Source: Paramoeba atlantica | Lineage: Eukaryota; Protista; Discosea | Assembly (NCBI GenBank): GCA_977017575.1 | Contig: CDRNVI010000040.1 | Location: 744,001-808,000, forward strand | Direction: 5' to 3' | Length of the DNA stretch: 64,000 nucleotides | Shown here: piece by piece, positions 33,901 through 46,723 of the stretch | Layout of the letters: each line of letters opens with the position of its first letter | Numbering within the stretch: the first letter of the stretch is position 1 | Notes under the pieces: model-generated | Seen by the model: the letters and a program-made list of their open reading frames with translations, nothing else | Told to the model about the DNA's origin: nothing | Databases searched by the model: none | Program-made: the position numbers and the translations under genes

Positions 33901-35734
33901 TAGCGGAAAATCTTGCTTCTTGTCCCCTACAATTTTTCGAATTGTTCTGTACGCGGATTTTGGAGTTGATTTAAGCTCTTTTTCCAGGGCGTCGCACTCA
34001 TTTATAATAGAGGAGTCTAGTTTTTCAGAGAATTCTTTTGATGCAGTAGCAAACATAGTTTTATTGCCCACGATCTTCAGCAGAGACTTCATGACAAATC
34101 CGGATAGATCTGTTTCAGCATCAATGCGAATTTCTTTTGCGTTACTAGTTTTATTGGGAAGACTAGATGCGGACACTCTAACAGCAGAAGAGAGTCTTGT
34201 CCAAGATATTTCGCTGGCCTTATCTATTTCCATTTTTGGCGCGTTTTCGGACTTCTCATCCTCCGACCGAATTCTTTTTGGCACAGATTTTAATGATTCC
34301 TTTACTTTCGAAACAAACTTATTTCGGATTTCATCATTTTTCAATGCCTCCCAAAAAGGCTTTTGTTGAGACAGTTTTTGATTTTTCCATCGAAAATTGA
34401 AGTTCGATGTCAAAGCACAATGTCTGGTAGGTATGGGTGCGATGTGGCATTTTGTGGATCGTATAGAAGAGAAAAACCTTTTGTTATCAACGATGTGGTC
34501 AAGTTGCTTGGTCATTCCCTCTGGATGCCGACGAGTTTTAGGAAACCTATACGTCCATTTTCTTCTTGCACAACAGCCTTCATGCACAGATTGAGCTCCA
34601 AGCGAGCATAGTAGCTTTCGTAACTGTTTTGCACGCTTTGTATAACATTTCCTCCCCCCTGGGTTTAGTAGCGGCGAATTTAGATCTCCACTAATGATTC
34701 TTACCATACCATCATCTTCATAACATGCATCGAATAAGTCTTCGTCAAAACTTTGTTGCGTCGATTTGTTAGCTTTCGCTGTAGGTGAATAGACGTTGTA
34801 AATGCAGGCTTTCGTTTCACCTAGAATGAAGTGTCCACTCATAATGCGATCGCTAATCTTCTGAACAGATAGAGGTTTAGTGCTCAAAAATGCCATGCCA
34901 TTGTACCCGTTGATTGCACTCATCAGGTAGAGGTGAAGTGAGATGCCGTTTAAAAAGAGCTGCCTATGTAAAATAGAATCCTTATCATCAAATTTTAACC
35001 TTGTTTCCTGAAGCGCCATGATGTCAACATGTTGACTCCTCATGAGACCTGCCACTTGATATAGTCTAATCGACTTCCGAAGCGTGAAAGTATCAGTCGC
35101 TTTGACTTTCAAGGTGTCCACTTTTAGGGTACTTATCGTAAAACCCCCTCTCTTAGCATTCTTCTCGGATCCCTGACCCCGGTAGCCACTTCGAGGACAG
35201 TTGGTGCGTTTCCTATTTCGTTTGGATTTCCATTTTCCCAAGAAACCTACCCTACCACCCAGAATTTGAACTCGTTCATCTTTCGGAGGAAACAGGAAAA
35301 GGCGATCATCCACTAAATCATACTTCACTAGACGTCTACCGTCCGGAAGCATAGATTTAACAGTCCCCTCCCACAACCTCGTACGTAAATCATATGACAT
35401 ACTCCAGGCAACAGCAGAGCGTTTTCCAGGAGACAAAAGACATGACATTCGAAACAGGTCCCGCGGCCGGAGTTTGGCTACTCCCCATTTCCGCTTTTTA
35501 GGTAGAAACAGGTTTCCCCGACAACACGTGGCCAATCGGAGTTTTTCTTTGACCGCCAAGAAACCCCAAAAGGTCCGGACGCCTCCGCCAAATTATTATT
35601 AATTGCCATTAATAAAAATTGTTATCTTAATAAAAATTGTTATCTTAATAAAAATTGTTATCTTAATAAAAATTGTTATCTTAATAAAAATTGTTATCTT
35701 AATAAAAATTGTTATCTTAATAAAAATTGTTATC
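30981..35734 (-). mobile_element. Near full-length non-LTR retrotransposon L-f with a (GGTT)n 3' tail
   Basis: ORFs 33169..35559 (N-domain, APE, RT start), 32504..33229 and 31852..32568 (RNase H: YTDGA, HTDSEY, KVKAHNEN). The RT core is deleted. 5' array at 35610-35734. Confidence 0.92.
35610..35734 (-). repeat. 5'-terminal 18-bp array of L-f, (taagataacaatttttat)x7
   Basis: Followed by the hairpin tattaat-ggca-attaata and TTG-GCG-GAG-GCG-TCC-GGA. Confidence 0.93.
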
Positions 35735-35789
35735 GACATATATCTATCGACATATCTATCGACATATAGCTATCGACATATACGTGGAA

Positions 35790-35970
35790 CTCCTCAGGCC
35801 TAACTCCTCAGGCTGTTGGGATCACTCGCACTTCTTCTGCCGAAGCTGAGGATGGCAGGGCTTGTTACCGGTATCAAGCGTGCTTCCGCCCTGGAGAGGT
35901 CTTCCTGAGAAATCGGTGAGCCGATTTGCTTTTTCCATGGACGGAAATTTAGGCCTATGGTAACGTGAAG
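35790..35970 (-). mobile_element. SINE-C 3' fragment
   Basis: Matches 30455-30560. Confidence 0.7.
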
Positions 35971-36184
35971 TCCAAAAAAAAAAAAACCTGAAGTCAGGTG
36001 TGTTCCTGGGTGAGGAACTTCCTCCACTTGAGAGCTTCCTTGGGAAGCCTCATCATGGTGCTGCGCCTTTTTGGCGTAAAATTCTACACCTCACCATTTC
36101 TCAATCCTATTCTATCCTATCCTATCCTAAAACACTTGTTATTAAAACCAGTTAAGAAAACAACCTTTTCTTACGTTGTAACAG

Positions 36185-36795
36185 AAGAAGAAGAAGAAGA
36201 AGAAGAAGAAGAAGAAGAAGAAGAAGAAGAAGAAGAAGAAGAAGAAGAAGAAGAAGAAGAAGAAGAAGAAGAAGAAGAAGAAGAAGAAGAAGAATAAGAA
36301 GAAGAAGAAGAACACGGAGGGCTCTGCAGCGCCAACCGTTGGGGTAGAGTCTCATTTCACCGACCTTCATCGTCTTGCTATCCCCTTCCCAGGCGGCACT
36401 CGACGCCTTGCGGCCCGAGCACGGCTACCAAACCGTAGCTACCAGGACGGGCGTCCACCCCGTTGCATCGTGTAGGCTGTGTCTCAAGCCTTCTTTGCGT
36501 AAGCAGCTCGCAATTTAGGGGCTGCGCTGGAGCCTGGTTCAGCTCTGCGGTTCCGGGTCGGTCCTCCAGGGGAGCGGGGTTGGGTGTGGGCCTTGAAGGC
36601 ACTCCTGATCGCTTTCCCTTTGTAGTGAGGCCGCCAGGTTGCGAGTTTTGTCGACAGCGGGAATCGAACCAACAACCTGCAGGTTGTAAGGCCCACCGTC
36701 TACCAACTACGCCCGCACCGCCCCTACGCCAGCACCGCCCCCTACGCCAGCACCGCCCCCTACGCCCGCACCGCCCCCTACGCCCGCACCGCCCC
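36185..36795 (-). mobile_element. SINE-A with a long (TTC)n tail and a five-fold reiterated 5' end
   Basis: (gaa)n at 36184-36312 on the plus strand. Units tacgcc[c/a]gcaccgcccc(c) at 36708-36795. Confidence 0.92.
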
Positions 36796-37060
36796 TTTAT
36801 TCTCCTCCCATGGGCAAGTTAGTTCAATAATGAGCTCTTTCCCGCCCCTTAGCTTTACCCACCCGTCCGGACGCAGCATACCGCCATTGTCGGCTAGCCA
36901 CGTTGGAGGGAGTCGCATGCCAGGTAGGTCGAAATGAGAGAGAGCTGTATGGGGGGACTCGCTTACATGGTAAGCTAGGGCCCGTAAGATGAAGTCGTGT
37001 CTGAAAGTGTAACGCCCTTGATCTAGAGCAACTCGGCATCCCGCGAGAATGTGCCTTGGG
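36796..37060 (-). pseudogene. HERO-like RLE retrotransposon fragment (CCHC end and endonuclease)
   Basis: An open frame absent from the ORF track reads PRHILAGCRVALDQGRYTFRHDFIL...LRPDGWV...IIELTCPWEENK. Confidence 0.85.
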
Positions 37061-37311
37061 GTTGTAACAGCTTTGGATCCTTAGAAGTTTCATCCTTACC
37101 CCCCACAGATTCTTCCATTACCTGTTGAAGTTCTTTTTTGGTCCCTTTATGCTGCTTCTTTTTCACTTTAGGAGTATTACTGGAACCTAAGTACTCATTC
37201 TCTTCCGAAGGGAGTTCCACGGAACTTACACCTACCTTGAGAGGCGGTGTACCATCCTCAACCGCACATCGCTTAGCCACAGACAACGTTTTAGTCTCAC
37301 CAGACAAAATC

Positions 37312-37696
37312 CAAAAATCCAAATCCAAATCATTCCGGATTGCTCCGGATGGTCACTGGCAAGCCAGACCCTTCACAGACAGATTTGGAAGTTCCGTGGC
37401 CGACGTCCTCTACCAGTTTCCGCTTGCCCAAGGCGGAACCAACGTGCTGTTGCCAACACGCTGCGTCGACGAACTGTACGTCAACACGGCTTATCCAAGA
37501 GGTGTAAGCCGGGTAAGGGAGCTGGTTCCCTGAGGGGAGGGTCCGGGACGGTCCTCCGAGTACTGGGCCTAGTCGGTTATCAGCCCAGCCTCTTAGAGTG
37601 AGTCCGCCGGGAATATTGCGATGAGCGGGTTTGAACTCGCCGTCTGAGCACCATGTGCTTCAAACTTTGAGTTCTTGCCACTACGCCACCTCCACC
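37312..37696 (-). mobile_element. SINE-B, full length
   Basis: 12-bp TSD ccagacaaaatc at 37300-37311 and 37697-37708. The empty homologous site is near 48690. Confidence 0.92.
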
Positions 37697-38999
37697 CCAG
37701 ACAAAATCGATGTTTGCACTTTTTGTGAGCTCAGAGTTCGAGCTGGGACTACACCTGGCGTCTTTTTTCTCCTCTTTGGTTCTGAGGTATGAAGAGCCTT
37801 GCGTGTTCCTGAAACGGCCAGCGCATCAGCCTTCTCATTATGTGTTCCCATTATGGGACCTCACTTTGCACATGAATACTTCAACGTTCTCAGCTTGCAT
37901 TGACCGAATTTTCCTGCCTAATAAGGGCAGAAGATCCCCATTTGGTACTTTATTATACCCAATAAAACGGAGCCGAAATCTCATTAAATGAAAGAAATTC
38001 CGTACGTAGAAGGAATCAGTGTGTAACATTAGTTTCTTTGCTCCTTCATGTTTAGTGCTTGTTGTAGGGATTCCGTATCTGCTCTATCTGGTGTGTCAGC
38101 ATTTAATCGTATGGAATAGTGTTGATCATTCTGGTTAGTCTGCTTTATGACGATTCCTGCGCCGCCTCTGCCTTCATTGGTGCCTCTAACGGTGCAAACC
38201 GAACCATCAATATACATATGTACTGCCTCTTCCCCTATCGGAAAGGGTTCGGGTCCTTCTTCAACGAACTGTAGTCCGTAAGGTTCGCCTCTGATTGCAT
38301 TCCTGTGTTTGGCCTTCCATTGTGATGATTGTAATCTAATATAATCTGGTAGTAGCTCAAGGTTTTGCCTGAGTTCTTCGCATAACTTTTGCCAGTGTGT
38401 TTGATCCGATGAGTAAACAAGAGCTTCCTCAAGGGTTATTCCTAAATCTACTTTTCGTGCCAGCACTCTTTAAAAGAATTCCTTGAGGCTTTTTAACGAC
38501 AGCACGATGAAGGACACGATCAATTACAAGTACAAAAAGATATGGCGCAAGAAAATCACCCTGAAGAATTCCAGTCGTAATCGGAAAAGGCTGCGTGTTC
38601 CCGTACGGTGTGCGCACTATCCCCTGAAGATCAGTGTAAAGAGACATAATTGTGCGAGTCAGCGCAGGACCGACGTGAAAGGCATCAACCGCGGAACGAA
38701 TAGCATGATAAGAAACGGAGAGGAACGCCTTGGCAAAGTCAATGAATGCTACTAATATGCCTCGTTTGTCTCTTGTTGCGCGTGCAGTTACAACACAACA
38801 CAACAACAAAGACACTGATATTGAAATATCAGTTAAAGGATTTGTAGTTCATACTAGTAACGAAACATATAAAAATACAATATCACCTAGAATTTGCGCG
38901 GTGAAGTACCTTCCACAGCCCTGTCATCCATGTATCCTAGTTACTTTCTTTGGAAATGCCTCTTTAGGGCGAATGTGTCTTCCAGCAACTCGCCTTCAT

Positions 39000-41900
39000 A
39001 TTCATTTGGCCTTCTGACCTGTTGGCTCTATACCTCTGTTTTTGCCTAGGGCACAGAGCGAGACGCGTTGTTAATTCAAAACCTTGTTTACGCAACCAGT
39101 GTATATAAAAGGGTATGTATATTTTGAAAAGAAAGAAAATAATAATGAGCCCATTCAAACACCTCCCTATGCATGAAAATTCAGTCCTCATTTGTTCAAT
39201 CAGAACTCCTCGTAGATTTTTGTGTTGTACATTCCTCCTCACAATGTAATCGTTTAATTTGTGGAGTGCGCGCCGTAACTGTAGGTACGAAAACCTTGGT
39301 TTTACGTTGTACACGTTGTTTTTCATTATTCTGGAGCCTTTTTGGGCGAACCTTCTCATTGGATCTTGTTTGCTTGGCCTTTGATCGAGCACGTTTGTGC
39401 GTTTCTGATTTAGAATTTCTACTATTTGATGCCTTCGCGGATCCATTTTGGATTGGATTTGGATTTTGTAAGGGGCTGGAGTTTATGTCTTTGGCCGTAA
39501 CCTGTGGGAGCGCGAAAGCTGGCAAAGTGCGTTTTTGCAAAGTTTTAATTTTCTTATCATTACTCAATGGAATAGGGTCTCTCCTTTTCGTGTGTGATTT
39601 ATCATCAAAGCCACGGTAACAGAAGGAGCAATTTTCCTCAACTTGTTGCGAGGCGCGTTTTGCAAGCTAATCCAATGTGGCATTGTGCGGATTACCTTCA
39701 TGACCCCTGACTTTAATGTAGTAAAGAGTATGATTCTCCTCTATCTGAAAGCAAATCCGGGTTATTTTTGATAAAAGCTCCGAATTTTCGAATGACTGAA
39801 ATCCGATTAAAGAAAACCTCTTCCGAATTACGTGAAAGAAGTCCCAGACATACGCCGAATCCGTGTGAATAACAGCGTCCTTGGAATATGTCCTTGCAAG
39901 GCTCAACGCCTCATAGACAGCGTATAGTTCTGCGGCTGTTATGGTGAGCGATACGTGTGTCGGTGGTTTCAATCCTATAAGTGTCTTCCCGACTCGTTCC
40001 CCCAACAACACGATACCGCACCCTGAAGAAGTGCTCGTTCTCGTCGTTTTTAGTGCTCCATCGGTGTATAGATGCAAGGAATCGGATAGAAAATGGAAAG
40101 GTACTGACCCGTCTTCAACAAATTGTAGCATTGCATAGTTTTCCTCATCTTGCAAGCTGCGTACATTCTTTCCCCACCCAGGAGATTCAATAGGCTTATA
40201 GGTAAGGCGGGGCTCAAGGCGTGATTTCAAACGATGCAAATTCGAACGCCATCGTGATCGATCATTGGAAATTTGAATTACATCTGGTAGGGACAAGCCA
40301 AGGTCATCGGAACATGCTTCGGAAAGAGAGGCGTGTGTCGTTTTATCTCACTCGCGCCAAAGAATAGCAACACTGAATGGAGAATCGTGCCGAAGAATGT
40401 GACCAATAAGCTGCGCCCGTTGAGCCTTTGCTGTGGTGCTGAGCTTCAAATCATTCTGATATAGAGCTTCTAATCGAATAGACCGTTTTCCATCCCATGT
40501 ACGCCCAACATTGCATACCATTCTTCGCATCTTATTCATCTCAATGTCGAGTTCCCGAAGTTTGGAAGTCGATATATCCCACGTCCCTGCATTGTAGTTC
40601 ACCACCGGCATGACTAGCGTGCGGAATACTGTCATTCGACTAGACATTGGAAGAGGCGATTTCCATATTGACCGGAGTTTGTGCATCACCGCCCATCCTA
40701 ATCTCAAGCGTTCGTTGGGTGCAACATTGCGATCATCACTCTCCTGTGTGCTGTTTACTTTGGTGAGGTGCTCGGGTATATGAAAAGCGTTCAATGCACC
40801 TACAATGGCCGAGAATGGTACTGATGGAAAAGCCTGCTTGAAATCCACGAATGCCACCGCAACTCCCTGACCGCTCAAAGCCTTGGCGGAGATTTCTACG
40901 AAAGTAGCTTGTGCACCAGCAGTCGATCGGTGTGGGCGAAAACCGAATTGATTCGGCCGAAGCATGTTTTCTACCGCTGGTTGAATACCATCCAGGAATA
41001 CCATCCTGTTCATTATCTTGACCACGTGATTTACTATGCATACCGGCCTCCAGTTGGACAGATTGCCCAGATTTCCCTTTTTTGGAAGAGTCACTTGCAA
41101 TATCATTTTCCATTTGTCTGATGCAATTCCTGTGCTTCTGACGTCATTTACTATATGAAGCAAAGTCCCCATCAATCTCTCATTTGCGCTCAATGACCTT
41201 AACGCTTCGATTGGAATACCATCGGAACCTGCCGCTTTTCCCGACTTCACTTTCAGCAGTGCGGAACGCAGCTCTGATAGTGTAAACTCTCCATCTTGTA
41301 TTTCAATGAGGCTCTTTGTCAAAAGAGGAAAGTTTACCAGACCACCTGTGTTCATCTCTTGCCCGATCGCCTGAAAGTGATTTTGGACAGTGCGGAGGCT
41401 ATCCCGAACAGAGAAAATTTCACCGAACAAAGAAAATTCCTTTCGATTGTCACCTACAATGTTTCGTATGGTGCGGTAAGCGCTCTTCGGATGTTTGTAT
41501 AAATCTTCCGCAAGCACGTTGCATTCTTCTTTTATACATTTTCCAATCTTTTCCGCATGTGCCCTGGAAAAAGCATCAAATCTGTGCGGATTTCGAGCAA
41601 CTTTCACAATAGCTTTCAAGTCGAGCTCCCCGGGACCCGGCGCTTCATCCTTATTTGTATTGTGATTAGAAACTCGGGAAGGAAGCTCTCCGGAAGCATT
41701 CTTTACGGCACTAGCGAATTTGTCCCACAACAAAGGACCGACTGCATCATCTCTTGTTCGTTTGTTGCCACCCTCCATTGCAAATTCTACGTTCTTGACA
41801 AATTTATCCTTTATTACCTCATTCCGAAGAGATCCCCAAAAAGGCACTTGTTTGCCAGCTTTGCTTTGCGCCTTCCACCGTATTTTCAACTGTTCTGTCA

Positions 41901-42480
41901 CCACGCAGTGGCGCGTCGGTAATGGGGCTAGAAGCACCCGCTGAGAGCGAATCGCTGAACTAAAGCGTGTGTTTGTAATGATCTGATCCAGCTGCTTCGT
42001 GAGTCCCAGAGGATGTTTCACATTAGGCGGGAACCGATACGTCCACTTCCTCCCCGCACTACAACATTCGTGTGCGGATTTTGCTCCTATAGATAGCAGA
42101 AACTTCCTAAATTGTTTCGCCCTTTTAGAAAAACACTTCCCCCCCTGCGGCGTTTGCAGAGGCGAGTTCATATCTCCACGTGTGCAGTTAACGCGTGCAG
42201 TTAAGTCATTCAATAGTAATTGAGCACCTGCGGTGGACCTGTCCGGGCGAAACCCAAATTGACTATCACGCAGCAACCCCTCTATTGATGGCCGTATACG
42301 ACGCAAAATCATGCAGTTCATTAATTTTACTATACTGTTAACTGGACAAATAGGGCGCCAATTAGAAATTTGAGATAGATCACCTTTTTTGGGAATCGGA
42401 ACTTGTACTACAAGTTTTCAGCACTCTGGCGACTCCCCTGTTTGATGGATTTTGTTCATAATTTGCAATAGATAGGATCG
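39000..42480 (-). mobile_element. Rearranged LINE L-h (partial APE and RT, RNase H, basic tail)
   Basis: ORF 40348..42321 fuses RT and APE pieces. ORF 39667..40296 has YTDGA, AELYA, HTDSAY and KVRGHEGNPHN. The 3' boundary is approximate. Confidence 0.85.
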
Positions 42481-42489
42481 TAATTCAGG

Positions 42490-42650
42490 TTGTATTTTTT
42501 TTTTGCGATGAATCAGGGGGGAGAAGTATGAAACGCGGCATTTCCTCTATATTACCCAATACATGAACATGATTTTACAAGCAATCAAATTAGCAATTTC
42601 ACATGTTGTAGCCCAAAACTAGCAATTCAAGCTGTCCTAAAATATTCTTA
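42490..42650. repeat. R4 module
   Basis: Reverse complement of 58330-58500 and similar to 25100-25230. Confidence 0.7.
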
Positions 42651-42666
42651 TAATATTCTGATAATA

Positions 42667-43626
42667 ATTAGGCTCTTCGTTAAACGCGGTGGTTGTTTTC
42701 AACTTAGACGTCACTCATGCTGCGCGCTTCGCGTTGAAAACTACCGCCGCGTTCAACGAAGAGCCTACAAAAGAAAATTTAGCCTGGAAAACGGAAAGAT
42801 TATGGCCAAAAATAGCCGAATTTCGGGTAAAAATGGAGTGATTTTCGCGTATTTTTGCTGTCAGAGCACTAAATCCGACATTTGCGCGTGGGAAATCACT
42901 CGTAGGCGTGAATGAAAGCCTACCGAACGTATTGGGTAGAGAATGCGACTCCAACCATACCATTCTTTCGACACAAAAATGCCTCTTTAGGTTCGAAAAA
43001 TACTTTTTCACCTTTTTTAGTCAAAAATGGGTCATTTTGAGGGGCGCACCACGGTTTGAAGAAGTGATACCTTGAGAAACCAACTGCGGAGAAAGCTAGT
43101 GTAGGTCCCAAACTATCAAAATACAATAGGGGAAACGATTTTGGAAAAATATTTTTTTTGTCATTTTTTTCGCCAAGTTGAATTTTTTTTCAAATTTTTT
43201 TTTCCGAAAAAATCCGAACTTGGCGGACCCGTCCTGCGGATACGCGGGGGGGTCACCCCCGGGTAGGGGGGTGGAAAATCCGCGCCAAGACCCCGGCTAC
43301 CCTTTCTGCGGTTCTTTTCGAAAACTAATTTTTTCGAAAAAAATTGCTCAACCATGACCCCCCTCGCCTGGACCCCCCCCCTGGACCCCCCGGCGCCCGC
43401 ACATTGATAATGCATATTAAGCGGCACATTGATAATGCATATAGCACATCCCCTGGAACCCCCCCATTTTTTTTAATTTTTTTTTTCAGTTTTGGACCAC
43501 CGGAGCCCCCTTTTATATTTTTTTCTTCTATTATATTACTGTGTTCCCCTTTATATTTTCACTGTTTTTGTTTACGTTTTTTTCAATAATCGAGTGTAGA
43601 GCGGTAGTTTTACAACCCCCGCAATG
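42667..43626 (+). mobile_element. R1 copy with an internal gcacatt array
   Basis: Both ends are present. Confidence 0.88.
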
Positions 43627-43939
43627 ATTCTGATAATACTAATAATAAAAAAGGAAGCAATCCACGCAATATTCCAAATTCGGTGCGCGCACTCACGAGT
43701 CCTTTTATAAATAAAATATCTTTTTTTTTTTTGACGAAGGTAACTATATTTAGATATATTCGCCATCATTTGTGCAAAGGGGCGATTATTCGAAAATTTT
43801 GATTTTGCTAATTATTTTTTTCTAATTATGTAAAGGGAAGGGTGGTGATCCAAAATTTTCGAGTTGCAAAGTAAAGCAAAAGCTTTATTAACTTTTGCAA
43901 AAAGTTTTAACTTATGGAAATTGTTTCTAATGTTCAATA

Positions 43940-44845
43940 AAATTGCGGTGGTTGTAAAACTACCGCTCTACACTCGATTATTGAAAAAAAAGTGAACAAA
44001 AACAGTGAAAAAATAAAGAGGAACACAGTAATATAATAGAAGAAAAAAATATAAAAGGGGGCTCCGGTGGTCCAAAACTGAAAAAAAATTTTGAAAAAAA
44101 TGGGGGGTCCATGGGGGGGGTCCAGGGGGGGGGTCCAGGGGGGGGGGGCATGGTCGAGCAAATTTTTTCGAAAAAATTAGTTTTCGAAAAACAACCGCAG
44201 AAAGGGTAGCCGGGGTCTTGGCGCGCATTTTCCACCCCCCTACCCGGGGTTGACCCCCCCACGTATCCGCAGGACGGGTCCGCCAAGTTCGGATTTTTTA
44301 GGGAAAAAATTTTTGAAAAAAAATTCAACTTGGCGAAAAAAATGACAAAAAAAATATTTTCCAAAATCGTTTCCCCTATTGTATTTTGATAGTTTGGGAC
44401 CTACACTAGCTTTCTCCGCAGTTGTTTTCGCAAGGTATCACTTCTTCGAACTGTGGTGCGCCCCTCAAAATGACCCATTTTTGACTAGAAAAGGTGAAAA
44501 AGTATTTTTCGGACCTAAAGGGGCATTTTTGTGTCGAAAGAATGGTATGGTTGGAGTCGCATTCTCTACCCAATACGTTCGGTAGGCTTTCATTCATGCC
44601 TGCGAGTGATTTCCCACGCGCAAATGTCGGATTTAGTGCTCTGAGAGCAAAAATACGCGAAAATCACCCCATTTATACCCGAAATTCGGCTATTTTTGGC
44701 TATAATCTTTCCGTTTTCCAGGCTAAATTTTCTTTTTTAGGCTCTTCGTTAAACGCGGCGGTAGTTTTCAACGCGAAGCGCGCAGCATGAGTGACTTCTA
44801 AGTTGTAAACAACCACCGCGTTTAACGAAGAGCCTAAAAAAAGAA
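43940..44845 (-). mobile_element. R1 copy
   Basis: Both ends are present, inverted relative to the 42667 copy. Confidence 0.88.
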
Positions 44846-44924
44846 ATAAAATCATATATTTCGTCTGAACGATTACCTGACTTTCCTAGTATAATTACTA
44901 ACACAAGTTTACATTTTTGTCATT

Positions 44925-45215
44925 CCTGGCCTCACTCTAAGAGGCTAGGCTGATAACCGACTAGGCCCAGTACTCGGAGGACCGTCCCGGACCCTCCCCT
45001 CAGGGAACCAGCTCCCTTACCCGGCTTACACCTCTTGGGTGAGCCGTGTTGACGTACAGTTCGTCGACGCAACGTGTTGGCAACAGCACGTTGGTGCCGC
45101 CTTGGACAAGCGGAAACTGGTAGAGGACGTCGGCCTCGGAACTTCCAAATCTGTCTGTGAAGGGTCTGGCTTGCCAGTGACCATCCGGAGCAATCCGGAA
45201 TGATTTGGATTTTTT
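44925..45215 (+). mobile_element. SINE-B, 5'-truncated
   Basis: Runs from ggcctcactctaagagg to atgatttggatttttt. Confidence 0.88.
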
Positions 45216-46240
45216 GTTCCCATGTACTGTCTTCCTTTTTCCGTGCAGCGGAAAAAACTAGTTCTTGGAATTCTTTTTCTTTTTTTGGTCCCCGAAACAT
45301 GGCCAGATTACGCCACAGCTTCCCTTTTTGTTCTCGCATTTTCATTTGATCTTCAAATTTACAATCACAGCACAATGTGTAGTTGATATCGGTGATTTAA
45401 GAACCCTATGTCTACTTATGCTTGAAGAAAAACGCTCAATCACTAATACACGATCAAGTGGCCTGCATATGTTTTTGCCTTTTCCCTTCTTGGGCAATGC
45501 GCACGTTTTGCAAAAAAAAAATTGTGCATTTTTTTTTTCCGGCTGGGGCAGAGGGAGTGTGCTGATCTACATCCAATGGAGCAGAGAAGGCCTCTCATTC
45601 TCGATACCGCCGGTAAATCCATGCGATAATTTGATACCATTGCTAATGGTGCATTAGAGTCGCCCATAGGAATTGTTGGTCGCCGACGACCTTTTGCACT
45701 AACCTTCTTCCACGCATGTTCAAGGTCCCCCAAGGACTCCGCATGAGCGGTCTTCGAGGAATCTCTCATTGGCGTAGACGTTAATTAAGGTACCAGTCCA
45801 TTGCTCTAGGGAGCATTGTGCTCTCATCACTCTGGGGCAAGAGGCATAGGGGGGGAAAGGTAATGTCTCTGACGGTCGCTCCTCATATCTCACCCTCGTA
45901 GGCAAACCCTATGTAAAATAGACTTGCAAACAAAGAAACACATTCTCACTAGTGAAGTGCCTCCATACCACATGGAGCCGAGATCCGACTCTAACTAACT
46001 TTATCAGTGCTCGCGCCGCCTTCTGGCGAAGTTTAGCAGGTCCTCTCCGCTGCGGTGGGCGAAAAAGAACCCCTCGAACACGCTTGGTTCGTGTAAGAGT
46101 TTCAAGGAGCTCTGTCCCCTTACACGCGCCGGCAGCATTCGCAATATTTTTATAATCATATTATAAAAATCGTGTTCTTATAAAAATGGTGTTCTTATCA
46201 AAATGGTGTTCTTATCAAAATGTTCTTATAAAAATGGTGT
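45216..46240 (-). mobile_element. LINE L-i 5' remnant (N-domain, deleted APE) with a 17-bp 5' array
   Basis: ATT-GCG-AAT-GCT-GCC-GGC start, homology to L-c 6750-7210, and (aagaacaccatttttat)n at 46160-46240. Confidence 0.85.
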
Positions 46241-46255
46241 TCTCGGTGATTACAA

Positions 46256-46631
46256 CAGCGATCAGGAGCGCCTTCAAGGCCCATACCCAACTCCGCTCCC
46301 CTGGAGGACCGACCCGGAACCGCCGAACTGAACCAGGCTCCACTAAGCGCAGCCGCTAAATTGCAAGCTGCTTACGCAAATGAGGTTGAAACACAGCCTA
46401 CACGATACAACGCGTTGGACGTCCGTCCCGGTAGCTACGGTTGAGTAGCCGTGCTCGAAGCCGCCTGGGAAGGGGGTAGCAAGACGATGAAAGTCGGCGA
46501 CCTGAGACTCTACCCTAACGGTTGGCGCTGCCGAGCCCTCCGTGTCTTCTTCTTCTTCTTCTTCTTTTTCCTCTTCTTCTTCTGCTTCTGCTTCTTCTTC
46601 TTCTTCTTCTTCTTCTTCTTCTTCTTCTTCT

Positions 46632-46677
<46 letters not shown>

Positions 46678-46708
46678 TCTCTTCTTCTTCTTCTTCTTCA
46701 TCTTCTCA
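46256..46708 (+). mobile_element. SINE-A, 5'-truncated, long (TTC)n tail
   Basis: 15-bp TSD tctcggtgattacaa at 46241-46255 and 46709-46723. Confidence 0.9.
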
Positions 46709-46723
46709 TCTCGGTGATTACAA

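Larger units (their letters stand above)
36095..38815 (-). mobile_element. LINE L-g 3' half (partial RT, RNase H, basic tail, (GGATA)n tail) carrying two nested insertions
   Basis: ORFs 38429..38815, 38029..38466 and 37838..38029. The uninterrupted homologue is at 48520-48987. Confidence 0.85.
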
